DNA from: Spirochaetota bacterium
Lineage (GTDB): Bacteria; Spirochaetota; JAGLSM01; JAKPMW01
DNA: 64,000 nt
Reading direction: 5' to 3'
Assembly: GCA_031283155.1 (NCBI GenBank)
Contig: JAITCI010000032.1
Span: forward strand, 7,175-71,174
The notes under the pieces: generated by a model
Database searches by the model: none
What the model saw: the letters and a program-made list of their open reading frames with translations, nothing else
Told to the model about the DNA's origin: nothing
Program-made: the position numbers and the translations under genes
Shown here: positions 1 through 9,300 of the stretch, in pieces
Numbering within the stretch: position 1 is the stretch's first letter
Layout: each line of letters opens with the position of its first letter

Positions 1-548
1 TCGGAAACTTCGTTAATGGTGGTTGTTCCGGACAAAAACCCGAAACGCAGCGGCCGCGTCTGGGCAATCCAGTCAAGTGGAGGGCTGCCGGTTATTCTGA
101 AATATTTCACCAGCCGTTCCGCAATGGCGTCCGTCATTATATAGGTTTTTCGCCGCTCGGGAGTTGCGGTCAGTTCGCCGGTAAAATCAATCTCGCGGGT
201 TTCCAGGCCTGCCAGCATATCGCCCCATGTGTACAGCCCGGTCGTAAAAGGGATCTCAAACAGCCAGGACAGCCACTCGCAGAGTAAAACGGTAAACCCC
301 TGCATTTCACCATTCGCGTTGACAAAGATCTCGGTACTGGGCATCGTGCCATACAGGAATGGAACTTTTCGCTTCTGGAGTTCCAGAACCGCGCGGATTT
401 CGTCCTCTGTTACGCCGGGTACGTCCCGGAAAGACCTGTATTTCAGCGCGCCATTGCCTTGTTCCCCGGCGGGCGGCGCGCATAGAACAAAAACACACAA
501 AAAAGCGGCGATCACAAAACAAATGCGCCGATGTATACCAATAACCAT
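1..548 (-). CDS. periplasmic solute-binding (family-3 SBP-like) domain protein, 3' end beyond window; may be the sensor domain of a larger signalling protein
   Basis: Hand translation of the minus strand gives ATG at 548..546 preceded by an in-frame TAA. The product starts MVIGIHRRICFVIAAFLCVFVLCAPPAGEQ (signal peptide), then ...TEDEIRAVLELQKRKVPFLYGTMPSTEIF...GDMLAGLETREIDFTGELTATPERRKTYIMTD..., which is typical of a solute-binding fold. The frame is open to position 1. It is absent from the ORF track because it has no stop in the window. Confidence 0.5.
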   Translation of the reverse strand, partial: MVIGIHRRICFVIAAFLCVFVLCAPPAGEQGNGALKYRSFRDVPGVTEDEIRAVLELQKRKVPFLYGTMPSTEIFVNANGEMQGFTVLLCEWLSWLFEIPFTTGLYTWGDMLAGLETREIDFTGELTATPERRKTYIMTDAIAERLVKYFRITGSPPLDWIAQTRPLRFGFLSGTTTINEVS

Positions 549-892
549 AAATTATTCCACATTACCAATTACAAAAATAAGGGCTGCCTTTGCATCCATA
601 AATTGACCTGTCTTCCATGTATCTGATTTTCAGCCGACAGATAAAACAGAGTCAGGACAACTGTTCAACCAAAAGGAGACTGCAAACCATAACCAAAAAA
701 AGAGTACACCATAAAACGGGAATTATCAAGCCGGGCTTTGTATTGATGGCGATGAATTTGTATCTTCGGAAGGCCGGACATTTTGGGCTTTGCCCGCCTG
801 GAACATGGCAGGTGCGTTCACCCCGTACAGCCTGCTTGCAGGCGCGGCAATCCAGGCTGTACGCTGCCACAGGAGAAATTATAACGCTCGCA

Positions 893-1708
893 TCATATAT
901 AGGGGTTGTAGGGCGCGTTGTCGCAGACCTTGAAATCTTTTTTGGTGTAGTCCGGGCTATGATCTGTGTTTTCAAAGGCAAGCGAAGCGTCCGTTGTATA
1001 TCCCGAGTGCGCTGTAATAACCATTATAATATTCTGAAGCCCCTTCAGGGCACGCAGTGACTGTGCAAGCTGATCCGTATCGATATTCCAGAGCGGGTAA
1101 AATGCGTATCCGACGCCCTGTACCAAAATTATGGTATCTCCTGTGAACAAATATTTGCCGTCAACAAGATAGCACAAATGCCCCATTGTATGCCCGGGCG
1201 TAAGCAGCGCCTGCACCGTAATATCCCCGCAATGGATCACTTCCTTGTCGGCCAGAGTTCTGTATGTGCCGTCAAGCTGTATGGGAGTTTTAAGTTTGAT
1301 GAACAGTATTTTTTTTCTTGCGAGAATATTCGTTATATACCCCTCTTCAGTTTTGCCTATATGCACCGCTGCCCTGGGGTATACTTTTGTACACCGCTTG
1401 TCGGCGCCGCCGGCATGATCCAGATCCAGGTGCGTAAGAAATACATCGGTGGTCGCGTCCGCCGCGAGGCCCAATTGGGAAAGGGCGTTTTGGATATTGC
1501 CGCAGTTTTTATATCCGCAGTCAATGGCGATTTGACTCCCGCCCTTTTTATAGATAAATGCGTTTACATCCTTGTCCCGCAGGGCAAAAATGTTCTCATT
1601 GATCTTTTGGTTCCCGAGAGGGGCAAACATATATTTGCCTTTTACAATTCGCGGCTTTATTACTGTGCCGAAAAATTCAATCATATTCATCACTGCAATA
1701 TACTCCAT
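893..1708 (-). CDS. MBL-fold metallo-hydrolase
   Basis: 271-aa ORF with a metal-binding motif FLTHLDLDHAGG (HxDxDH variant of HxHxDH) and downstream His/Asp ligands (TPGHTMGH). Confidence 0.7.
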   Translation of the reverse strand: MEYIAVMNMIEFFGTVIKPRIVKGKYMFAPLGNQKINENIFALRDKDVNAFIYKKGGSQIAIDCGYKNCGNIQNALSQLGLAADATTDVFLTHLDLDHAGGADKRCTKVYPRAAVHIGKTEEGYITNILARKKILFIKLKTPIQLDGTYRTLADKEVIHCGDITVQALLTPGHTMGHLCYLVDGKYLFTGDTIILVQGVGYAFYPLWNIDTDQLAQSLRALKGLQNIIMVITAHSGYTTDASLAFENTDHSPDYTKKDFKVCDNAPYNPYI

Positions 1709-1770
1709 TTTTCACCCATACGTGCCTCAGACAATAATTATTTGCTGCGTATATACCCGCCGCTCCTTCT

Positions 1771-1800
1771 GTCATTGCGAGCGCAGCGAAGCAATCCACT
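1771..1800. repeat. dispersed small repeat family A (GTCATTGCGA-n-GAAGCAATCCACT), single copy
   Basis: gtcattgcgagcgcagcgaagcaatccact; the same termini recur three times at 13564..13744, once inverted. Confidence 0.6.
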
Positions 1801-2235
1801 CATGCTTTTTTCACCAACTCCCGGTATAGCTCCATCAACGCGGCGACAATCGCGGATTCGGCGGCGTCCGCGAGTCACTCGGTATGCGTTATTGCCATGG
1901 GCGTCCTTCGTAAATTTTCTCGCTCGCGGAATCGATTATCGCCTGAAATTCGGGGCTCAGGAATTATAATCCACCATACGCACCCCGTTCATGCGGCTTA
2001 CTCCATTGTAATGCGTTTCATTTCTGTTTGCAAAATTTTGGACGCCGCGAACGCTGATCATTCGGGCGCGCCGGAAACCGAAAAGCTGGCGCTCCCGTTG
2101 AACACGTTTGGAAAAAATGAGAAAATTTTGGACGCCACAAAAACAAGGATGTTTTTGTGCAGCGCCGCCATGGATGGCGAAAAGCGCTGCTCCCCAAAAA
2201 CAACTTCAATATTATTCCAATAATTTTTCGCTTTT

Positions 2236-3561
2236 TTACACAAATTTAAGCGAGGGCGCAAGCGCTTTTGCCTTTGCCGCCCCCGAAGCGCCGCCGTATT
2301 TTCCGAAAAGCGCAATAAAGAGTTCGGCCTCTTCTACGCTGCTTTGCGCCGGAAGCGCTTTTCCGCAGAGCGCGTGTTCGAGCCAGCCGAAGATCGCGGC
2401 CTGCGCGTAGGAGAGCCCGCCCATCTGGCAATGGCTCGACGCTCCCTCCTGTTTTGTGAAGAGACGGACAAAGCGCGGGCAATCCAAAGAACCAATATAA
2501 TCGAGTATACCGGTAACAATGGTTTTGCCGGGAGCGGCGGCGTCCATGATATCGTCCTCGCTGAAAAGAAACAGGATGGGTTTGCCGCGCAAAAGATGCT
2601 CAAAGCCCAGCAGGGTAAATTTTTCGTAGGCCGCAACCCACTCATGCGCGGAGGATATGCCCAGTACCCACGAGGAGTGCTGAAAGCCCCAGCGCGCCGG
2701 GGTGTTTTTTTTCATAATGAGTTTGAACATGGCGTCCATAAAAACCTCATGCCCCACAAGCCCCTTCATGCCCTCGCGCGCGGCTGCGCCGCAATCCACA
2801 ACCAGGGTATTCGGAATGGCGGCCCGGATGCGCGGATCGAGCGCCCCCCGCATGGAGAGATATCCGCCCATCGAATATCCGATTATCGCGATTTTTTCTG
2901 TATCGGTATCGCTGCGGGTCATCAGATAATCCACCGCCGCGCCGACGGGTTTTTCGTAATCAGGGCAAAACACCAGCCCCGGGTTATCCATGAGCGCGCC
3001 CCATTGCCCGGGTCCCTCGAAAATCAGGCAGTTCCAGGCGTAGTCGCGCGCAGCCGCCCCAATCCAGCAATAAACCTCTTCCGCCGTGGAATCAAAGCCG
3101 CCGATGGCGATAAGCGTCGGGCGGTTCTCCTGTCCCGACGGGATGAAATATCCGGGCAGAAGCGCTTTCCCATATCGAATTTGCAACCGTTCAACCGGCT
3201 GATCGGCGGATTCGATCATGCGGTGAAAGCAGTCGCGGCTTTTGCTCCAGAAATCCCTGTGGCGCGGATCGGTGTGGGCGGCATAAAAACAGGCCATACG
3301 GTAATAATTGCTTGCGCGGAGATATGCCGCGCGCGCGCCCGATCTACAGCCGCCCTGCATTTGGCTCCGCGCATATCCGGCAACGAAGTCCGCTGTTTTG
3401 CCCCACTCGCGCGTCCAGCTCTCAAAATTATTGTCCTGTATCCGCTCCATGGTTTCCATGCACTCGCCAAATTCCGCCGCGCCTGTAGCCGCGAGCGATA
3501 TACCCCGAGTGAGTTCGTAATTAAAGCCGCCGACTGTTTTTTTACTGAAATCCACTTTCAT
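2236..3561 (-). CDS. alpha/beta-hydrolase (S9 peptidase / dienelactone-hydrolase-like)
   Basis: 441-aa ORF with a nucleophile elbow GYSMGG and a C-terminal Asp/His region. ATG at 3561 with a weak upstream RBS (gaggcgg). Confidence 0.65.
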   Translation of the reverse strand: MKVDFSKKTVGGFNYELTRGISLAATGAAEFGECMETMERIQDNNFESWTREWGKTADFVAGYARSQMQGGCRSGARAAYLRASNYYRMACFYAAHTDPRHRDFWSKSRDCFHRMIESADQPVERLQIRYGKALLPGYFIPSGQENRPTLIAIGGFDSTAEEVYCWIGAAARDYAWNCLIFEGPGQWGALMDNPGLVFCPDYEKPVGAAVDYLMTRSDTDTEKIAIIGYSMGGYLSMRGALDPRIRAAIPNTLVVDCGAAAREGMKGLVGHEVFMDAMFKLIMKKNTPARWGFQHSSWVLGISSAHEWVAAYEKFTLLGFEHLLRGKPILFLFSEDDIMDAAAPGKTIVTGILDYIGSLDCPRFVRLFTKQEGASSHCQMGGLSYAQAAIFGWLEHALCGKALPAQSSVEEAELFIALFGKYGGASGAAKAKALAPSLKFV

Positions 3562-3710
3562 TTTGCCGCCTCGCCGCGCTGGGGGATGAGCGCCCTCTCT
3601 TCAAAAAAGCGCATAGCGATCACTATAGTACCGAGAGGGCAGCGCCGCAATATATCTGAAACCAGATAGCTGTTACAAACTGCCAGCCAAAAATACCAAA
3701 TGCCATATAC

Positions 3711-4121
3711 TCAGGATTCGCCAAGAAATAACGAGGGTATTTCTTTTTGCAGGAAACTGCGGATTGTTTTGGCGTGGGCGAGAACAAGGCGCATATCTTC
3801 TTCTGAGAGACTTATCCCCAAATCGTATCGAGGCTGTGTGGAAAACTGGGTGATTATCGTGCAGAGTGGGGAGATTTGGATACATTCGGGGTGGTGTTTT
3901 TCCGCAAGTTTGCAAAGTTCGGGTAAATCGTGGATGAAGGGTGGGTCGTCGCCAAAAATAGCGAGGATGCCTTTCAGGTATTTTTCGACTGCCTGCTGGC
4001 AGAAAAAGGCAATGGGGGCGGTCGGGACAGGGCGCATGGTATTGGCGAGATGGTCGGCGACGTCCATGTCGCGTTCCGCGAGGAGGTACCAGTTGCGCGG
4101 AGTGTTGGCTTGTTTAGCCAT
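3711..4121 (-). CDS. HEPN-domain toxin (HepT / nucleotidyltransferase-substrate-binding family)
   Basis: An internal ATG at 4121..4119 (MAKQANTPRNWYLLAERDMDVADH...) is the likely start. It overlaps the stop of the upstream MNT gene by 8 nt. An Rx4H motif (RLVLAH) lies near the C-terminus. The longer ORF-track start at 4355 would overlap the MNT gene completely. Confidence 0.6.
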   Translation of the reverse strand: MAKQANTPRNWYLLAERDMDVADHLANTMRPVPTAPIAFFCQQAVEKYLKGILAIFGDDPPFIHDLPELCKLAEKHHPECIQISPLCTIITQFSTQPRYDLGISLSEEDMRLVLAHAKTIRSFLQKEIPSLFLGES

Positions 4122-4446
4122 AGATGCGTATCCCGTCCCGTTTGACAATGCGTTCGAGGGTTGGGTTGTCAAGGCGTTCGTCGAAGTCTTGTTTCTTTTT
4201 TGCGATGATATCGACCGGCATGGATTTTTTGCGGTCGATGGCAAAACGTATCTGCAAACCTGCGTCAAGATCGCGCATAGAGACTTCGTCCTTGAGAACA
4301 ACGTATAAATCAAGGTCGGAGTCCTTACGGGGCATTCCGTAGGCGTAGGAGCCAAAAAGATATATCGCTTCGACGGGGATGGCGTTAATAATAAGTTCTT
4401 TGAGTTTGTTCAGTTCCGCCTGAATTGCTGTATCCATACTTGTCAA
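4114..4446 (-). CDS. minimal nucleotidyltransferase (MNT/MntA-like antitoxin)
   Basis: 110-aa product with LFGSYAYGMPRKDSDLDLYVV, the GS...DxD pol-beta nucleotidyltransferase signature. It sits directly upstream of and overlapping the HEPN gene. Confidence 0.7.
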   Translation of the reverse strand: MTSMDTAIQAELNKLKELIINAIPVEAIYLFGSYAYGMPRKDSDLDLYVVLKDEVSMRDLDAGLQIRFAIDRKKSMPVDIIAKKKQDFDERLDNPTLERIVKRDGIRIYG

Positions 4447-4498
4447 TGTATCACGGGTATGATCGGGAGTCCAGTACCCTTTGGATATACTCTCGCCG

Positions 4499-5863
4499 TC
4501 ACTCCGCGTACAGGAGATAATTTTCGCGCAGGCGCATGAAGCGATCCAGGGCGGGCTGCCAGGATGCGATGATCGCTTCCGGTGATTCTCCGGCGCGCAG
4601 CCGCGCCTCGATTTTCGGATCGCCCACCTCTTTGGAGAAGCCGCTGAACAGCCGAAAATCGCGGGGATACAATCGCAGCATGGTTTTTATAAGATGGAGT
4701 CCGGCGAGTATGGGGTTATTCTGTTTTCGGTCGCGCAGCCCCGCCTGCACCCCGCGATACTGCTTGCCGCCTGCCGTGAACCGCACCGGAGTAAAACTGA
4801 TACCTGATTTTGAGGCGGGCAGCGCGGAGTTGAGTTCGCGCGCGAGGCGGGACTGATCCACAAATGCCGCGCCGTAGAGTTCAAACGGATATGCCTTGCG
4901 CTTCGTGCCTTCCACCGCAGTTACATTGCGCCCTACGCTCAGGCTTGTGGTCTCCGCAGTGCCGAGCCCGGGATACAATACCGCCCCCTCAACCGAACGC
5001 ATATTCGGCGAGGGATGGGTCCACACGAGCCCCGTTTCGTCATGGAGCATGGCGCGCCGCCAGCCCTGCATTGCTACCACCGCCAGCTGGCAGCCGATCC
5101 CAAAATGCTCGTTATACAGCAGCGCCAGCTCGGCAATCGTCATGCCGTGCCGCGTCGGGATAGGATATATGGAGGTTAAGCCTCCGCATTGCTCCGGTGC
5201 GGGAATAGCGCCCTGCACAAGCGCGCCGCCAATCGGATTGGGGCGATCAAGCACGATAAAGCGCTTTCCCCGGCTCGCCGCTACGCGCATCGCGAGCGCC
5301 ATCGTCGCCTGATAGGTATAAAATCGGGTACCAATATCCTGAATGTCAAAAATGAGATCGTCTATGTCCGCGAGATCTTCTGGTTTCGGTGCGTAATTTT
5401 GCCCATAGAGGCTCAGCACGGGCAGCCCCGTTTTCTCGTCGCGCATAGAGGTAAATTTCTCGTCGAGTGTTCCGCCAAAGCCATGCTCGGGGGCGAAGAG
5501 CTTCCGGAGCTGAAAGCCGCGCTGCCTCGACGCGGCAAATAAAACGTCCGCCGTGCGCTCCCCCGTGCGGTTCACTCCGGTATGGTTGCTGATCAGGGCG
5601 GCGCGCCGTCCGCGCAGAATGGCAAATTTCGTTTCCGCGAGGACGTCAATTCCGGGAAGTACGACGCCGGAATTTCCGGACGCCGCCAAATCCTCGGCGC
5701 TCATCGCCGGATGCCGGATAACTGTGGAATGCGCGTATTTGGGCGGCTGCTTTGCGGCGGTCTCCGGCGGGGAAACATTCTGCGACGCGAGGGGCATGGC
5801 GCAGGAAAACCCCAGGATAAGCGCGCCCGCAATATACCCTTGCGCCCGAAGAAAGCATTGCAT
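4499..5863 (-). CDS. DUF1343 / NamZ-like exo-beta-N-acetylmuramidase family lipoprotein
   Basis: DUF1343-like conserved blocks (ISNHTGVN, PEHGFGG, LDRPNPIGG). The likely start is ATG 5863 (MQCFLRAQGYIAGALILGFSC, signal/lipobox) with RBS aagggg. The ORF-track start at 5950 lies inside the terminator hairpin. Confidence 0.65.
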   Translation of the reverse strand: MQCFLRAQGYIAGALILGFSCAMPLASQNVSPPETAAKQPPKYAHSTVIRHPAMSAEDLAASGNSGVVLPGIDVLAETKFAILRGRRAALISNHTGVNRTGERTADVLFAASRQRGFQLRKLFAPEHGFGGTLDEKFTSMRDEKTGLPVLSLYGQNYAPKPEDLADIDDLIFDIQDIGTRFYTYQATMALAMRVAASRGKRFIVLDRPNPIGGALVQGAIPAPEQCGGLTSIYPIPTRHGMTIAELALLYNEHFGIGCQLAVVAMQGWRRAMLHDETGLVWTHPSPNMRSVEGAVLYPGLGTAETTSLSVGRNVTAVEGTKRKAYPFELYGAAFVDQSRLARELNSALPASKSGISFTPVRFTAGGKQYRGVQAGLRDRKQNNPILAGLHLIKTMLRLYPRDFRLFSGFSKEVGDPKIEARLRAGESPEAIIASWQPALDRFMRLRENYLLYAE

Positions 5864-5922
5864 GAGAAACCCCTTATTTTGAGAAGCCAGATTTATTATC
5901 GGCGTAACACAGCACCCTAAAC

Positions 5923-5954
5923 AAAAAAACCCCTTGCTGCGGCACAGCAAGGGG
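5923..5954 (-). terminator. intrinsic terminator for the OmpA-family gene
   Basis: On the minus strand a 9-bp stem ccccttgct/agcaagggg with a 7-nt loop is followed by U7 (the A7 run 5923..5929 on plus). It lies 20 nt past the stop at 5976. Confidence 0.6.
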
Positions 5955-5975
5955 TGAAGGCTGTGTTTCGTTTAG

Positions 5976-8108
5976 TTACTCGTCTTTGACTAAAATGAAT
6001 TCCACTCTGCGGTTTCTCGCGCGGCCTTCCTCGGTGGCATTGCTCACAGCAGGAGCGGAAGAGCCGAATCCCCGCACGGACATACGCTGCTCTTCAATCC
6101 TGCGCTGTACAAGATAGCGCAGCACCGTTTGCGCGCGCTGTTCGGAGAGTGTGCGATTATACGCAGAGCCTCCGGTGTTATCGGTATGCCCCTCAACAAG
6201 GATCCTGTACCCCGGATACCGCCGCAGCATCTCCGCCACGCGGTTTAATATGGGGCTGTCCTGCCCGGAGAGTTCCGCTGAGCCGACCGCAAACTCGATA
6301 CTCGATATAACGATCTTGAGCCCCCGGTCGGTGTTGACGACCAGAATATCGACGTCAATGCTCACGGGCGGCGCGTCCCCTGTATTGTTCATAAAATCGA
6401 CCGCGCTTGCATCAACTGTGTAGGTTTCAGCGCTCTCCACAAGATGCCCCGCATCGCCTATGCCGTCCCAGAGGATCGTTTCGCTTTGCTGCTCCGGCTC
6501 CTTGCCGGTGAAGGTTTTGAAGACCGAATCGCCGTGTTTTATAACAACCTTCCAGTTCGCTATGATCGCGCGGTCTCTGAAGCCGAGGGTGATGCGCAGA
6601 ATCTTTTCCCCTCTGCCGCTGTCGTCCGGCGCGAAGAGTTTCGGCGCGGCGGCGAGCGTAATAACAGGCTTTGTATTTACCTGGCGGATATCAACCGGCT
6701 TGCCTGCGGAAGAGTATATATCATCCGCCGTGTCCCATACCACAAACTGATAGGTGTATGTGCCGTCCGGAATCGGGCGGCCTGCGTTGTCGCGCCCGTC
6801 CCATTCCCATGTTTCCGGTATTATGATTCTTGCGCGGGAAGCGAACAGGGTGCTGAAAAATTTCTTTACGTTCATGCTGTCGCTTGCGGCATCCTCGCTC
6901 TTAACCGAGCGCACAACGGTTCCGCCCGCGTTTTTAATAACGATCTCCCACTTTACGATATCCTCGGTGGCGAAGATGTCTATGTCAAATATCGCTGTGT
7001 CCTGTATCCCGTCGTTATTCGGCGAAAAAGCGCGTAAGCGGCTTGTGATATCGGGTACCGGTTCGTCTGAGCCGAAGGCATAGTTCAGCGTGATAAAATG
7101 CGCTGTTTCATACAGGGTGCTGTTTCTGCTGACAGGGATCGTAATCATTGCCCAGGAAAGATCGAGGTTGACGCCATGGAAAATCCTGCGAAAATCAATG
7201 CCCGCGCCGAGGGCGAGAGGCCCCATGTCTTCATTTCCGGTTCCGAGGTGTACCCCGCCGCGCAAGTGCACAATATCGAAGAGCAGCATATCCAGCCCGC
7301 CGGAGTAGCGAAGCCCCGGCTGATCTATCGCGAGAACGGCGTTATTATTCAAACCAAATTTAACCGGCTCGCTTTTGAAGAAGAGAAATTCAAAACCGGC
7401 AATGGCATGCGTATCGGAGTATTCCGTATTCTTGTCAGTGAAGCCGCCGACGTTAAACGCGAAAGAAAATATCCGGTCGAAAAGTCCAAAGCCTTTTTCT
7501 CTGTGCGAAGCGGCGCGTTCGGAGAGCAAGCCGTTTTGCACGATCATAATACCTATATCAAAAGCGGCGTTGAACTCTGTGGATATGGAACCGGAAAAAA
7601 TTGCGTCCAGACCCGCGCCAAAGTGGAACCAGGGCGTGATTGCCTTGGCAAAACCTCCTTTGATATGAAACCCGCCGCCGTGGCTGTCGTTATTATAGGC
7701 TTCCGAAAGCGCCATATCGTTTTCCGCGCCGATATTAAAGTTCAAAACCCCGAAGCCCACAGGAAGGGAAACTCCGGCGCCAAAACCCAGGCTTGTTCCG
7801 AAAAATCCGAAAGCGCCCGGATTAGGACCGAGGTAGTCGGGGTTCGTGAGGCAATCCGCAGGCGTACCCACTTCGCTGTAGTTTATTCCAATCTGAAGGA
7901 CTTTATTTTGGGCGAGGGCGGCCGGATTCCGGAGCGAGTCAAACACAGTCGTATGCGCGGAACCGCCCGCGAGAGCGGCTGCGTCCGTATTGCTGGAATA
8001 CCAACCCGACCCGGGACGCATCGGCGCGCCTGCGAGGACGAGAGAAATTCCGCATAATAGCAGTATTGCAAGGGACAGGGATGCGGCATTTCGATTTTGT
8101 ATATACAT
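5976..8108 (-). CDS. OmpA-family outer membrane protein (N-terminal beta-rich domain, central Ig-like region, C-terminal OmpA peptidoglycan-binding domain)
   Basis: The C-terminus reads ...FAVGSAELSGQDSPILNRVAEMLRRYPGYRILVEGHTDNTGGSAYNRTLSEQRAQTV...RRVEFIL, the canonical OmpA_C. The N-terminus has a signal peptide, and RBS aggagg precedes ATG 8108. Confidence 0.75.
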   Translation of the reverse strand: MYIQNRNAASLSLAILLLCGISLVLAGAPMRPGSGWYSSNTDAAALAGGSAHTTVFDSLRNPAALAQNKVLQIGINYSEVGTPADCLTNPDYLGPNPGAFGFFGTSLGFGAGVSLPVGFGVLNFNIGAENDMALSEAYNNDSHGGGFHIKGGFAKAITPWFHFGAGLDAIFSGSISTEFNAAFDIGIMIVQNGLLSERAASHREKGFGLFDRIFSFAFNVGGFTDKNTEYSDTHAIAGFEFLFFKSEPVKFGLNNNAVLAIDQPGLRYSGGLDMLLFDIVHLRGGVHLGTGNEDMGPLALGAGIDFRRIFHGVNLDLSWAMITIPVSRNSTLYETAHFITLNYAFGSDEPVPDITSRLRAFSPNNDGIQDTAIFDIDIFATEDIVKWEIVIKNAGGTVVRSVKSEDAASDSMNVKKFFSTLFASRARIIIPETWEWDGRDNAGRPIPDGTYTYQFVVWDTADDIYSSAGKPVDIRQVNTKPVITLAAAPKLFAPDDSGRGEKILRITLGFRDRAIIANWKVVIKHGDSVFKTFTGKEPEQQSETILWDGIGDAGHLVESAETYTVDASAVDFMNNTGDAPPVSIDVDILVVNTDRGLKIVISSIEFAVGSAELSGQDSPILNRVAEMLRRYPGYRILVEGHTDNTGGSAYNRTLSEQRAQTVLRYLVQRRIEEQRMSVRGFGSSAPAVSNATEEGRARNRRVEFILVKDE

Positions 8109-8316
8109 TGGGCAGAGCCTCCTGTGCTATATCGATATAGGGATTTATTATAGATGATTTTAAAAAAAGATAAAGAATTTTCTTGACTTCATATTGGTTT
8201 TACGCCACAAGCGCATGGGTTTTGGCGTCTCAAATACACAGACAAAAGTGGCGTTTCATCGTAATGATATACATAGATTCCGCCGATACCAGAGCGTAGG
8301 GAAAGGAAAAGCCTTC

Positions 8317-9207
8317 ATGCAGCGCAAAATTCAGTGCTTTTTGTCTCTCGTATGCGCTCTGCTTGTCTTTTGCGCCGCTGCCTGCATGGCGAACGGTACC
8401 ACGTACCCGGATATCATACCGGATCAAATCGCCCCTGAGAGCAAGCCGCAAACAAAGCTGCCGCTCAAGGGAATCATGGTCGCGATCAACGCCGGCCATA
8501 CCACGGCGACAAATCCGCGCGTCCCTTATAATGGCGACGGGGTCGGTACCCACTCCGGCGCCGATACCATTGTTCTGCGCTACCCGGGAAATAATCTGGC
8601 GATACGGGGCGGCAGATGGAATGGGGTTATCCGCGAATCGGATTTAACGCAGGATCTCGCGGAGCGCATAGCCCGCCGCCTGGAAAATTTGGGCGCGCGC
8701 ACAATCCAAACGCGCGTCCATTCCACCGAAACGACTTTCCGGGGAAGGCAAAAGAATCTGGAGGCGCGCGTGGAAAAAGCCAATAAGGCCAAGGCCGACA
8801 TCCTGCTGGATCTGCACGCAAACTATGGCTTTCGGGATGAAAGGGGCTTCATGCTTTTCATTCCCGCGAGTCAAAAACAATCCACCCTTTTTCGCCCGGG
8901 CGTCAGTTTCGCGCGCCTCAACGAGAAGATACACACGCCTTTTCGCGATGTGCGGCTGCAAAAAAGCCTCGCGTTCGCAAAATGCCTGTATTCGGCGCTC
9001 ACGGACGCCAACCCCATTCCGCCGTTTTGGGAAGGGCTCTACCTCTCCAGATTTTATGTTATCACCCATGTCAATATGCCCGCCGTACTCATCGAATGCG
9101 GTTTTATGAACATCCCGACCGATATGAGGCTTCTCGCCGAACCCTCCTACCGCAATGATTTTGCGGTTTGGATCGGGAACGCTGTTTGCGCCTATTTTGG
9201 AAGATAA
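8317..9207 (+). CDS. N-acetylmuramoyl-L-alanine amidase (Amidase_3 family)
   Basis: Amidase_3-like blocks (INAGHT..., LDLHANYG, CGFMNIP). The likely start is ATG 8317 (MQRKIQCFLSLVCALLVFCAAAC signal) with RBS ggaaaggaaaag. Confidence 0.7.
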   Translation: MQRKIQCFLSLVCALLVFCAAACMANGTTYPDIIPDQIAPESKPQTKLPLKGIMVAINAGHTTATNPRVPYNGDGVGTHSGADTIVLRYPGNNLAIRGGRWNGVIRESDLTQDLAERIARRLENLGARTIQTRVHSTETTFRGRQKNLEARVEKANKAKADILLDLHANYGFRDERGFMLFIPASQKQSTLFRPGVSFARLNEKIHTPFRDVRLQKSLAFAKCLYSALTDANPIPPFWEGLYLSRFYVITHVNMPAVLIECGFMNIPTDMRLLAEPSYRNDFAVWIGNAVCAYFGR

Positions 9208-9246
9208 CCGCGCAAAAACGCGCCCGCGACTCCTGTTAATCAAAAA

Positions 9247-9269
9247 CCCGGCTCATCGCCGGGCTTTTA
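9247..9269. terminator. bidirectional intrinsic terminator between convergent genes
   Basis: Hairpin cccggc-tcat-cgccggg flanked by caaaaa (5') and cttttat (3'). Confidence 0.5.
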
Positions 9270-9300
9270 TGGAAAAACACTTTTTTGTGAAATATGTACG

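Noticed and set aside
170-606. Short track ORFs 170..352(-), 229..606(+), 307..522(-)
   Set aside because: They are superseded by the long open minus-strand frame (1..548), which encodes a signal peptide plus solute-binding domain.
1178-1969. 263-aa plus-strand ORF over the MBL gene
   Set aside because: Antisense shadow with no RBS or motifs.
2344-3669. 441-aa plus-strand ORF exactly mirroring the hydrolase gene
   Set aside because: An antisense shadow ORF typical of GC-rich DNA, with no motifs and an Arg/Ala-rich composition. The minus-strand gene has clear catalytic motifs.
6444-8057. Several plus-strand ORFs (6444..7037, 7098..8057 etc.) inside the OmpA-family gene
   Set aside because: They are antisense to a gene with a canonical OmpA_C domain and are low-complexity.
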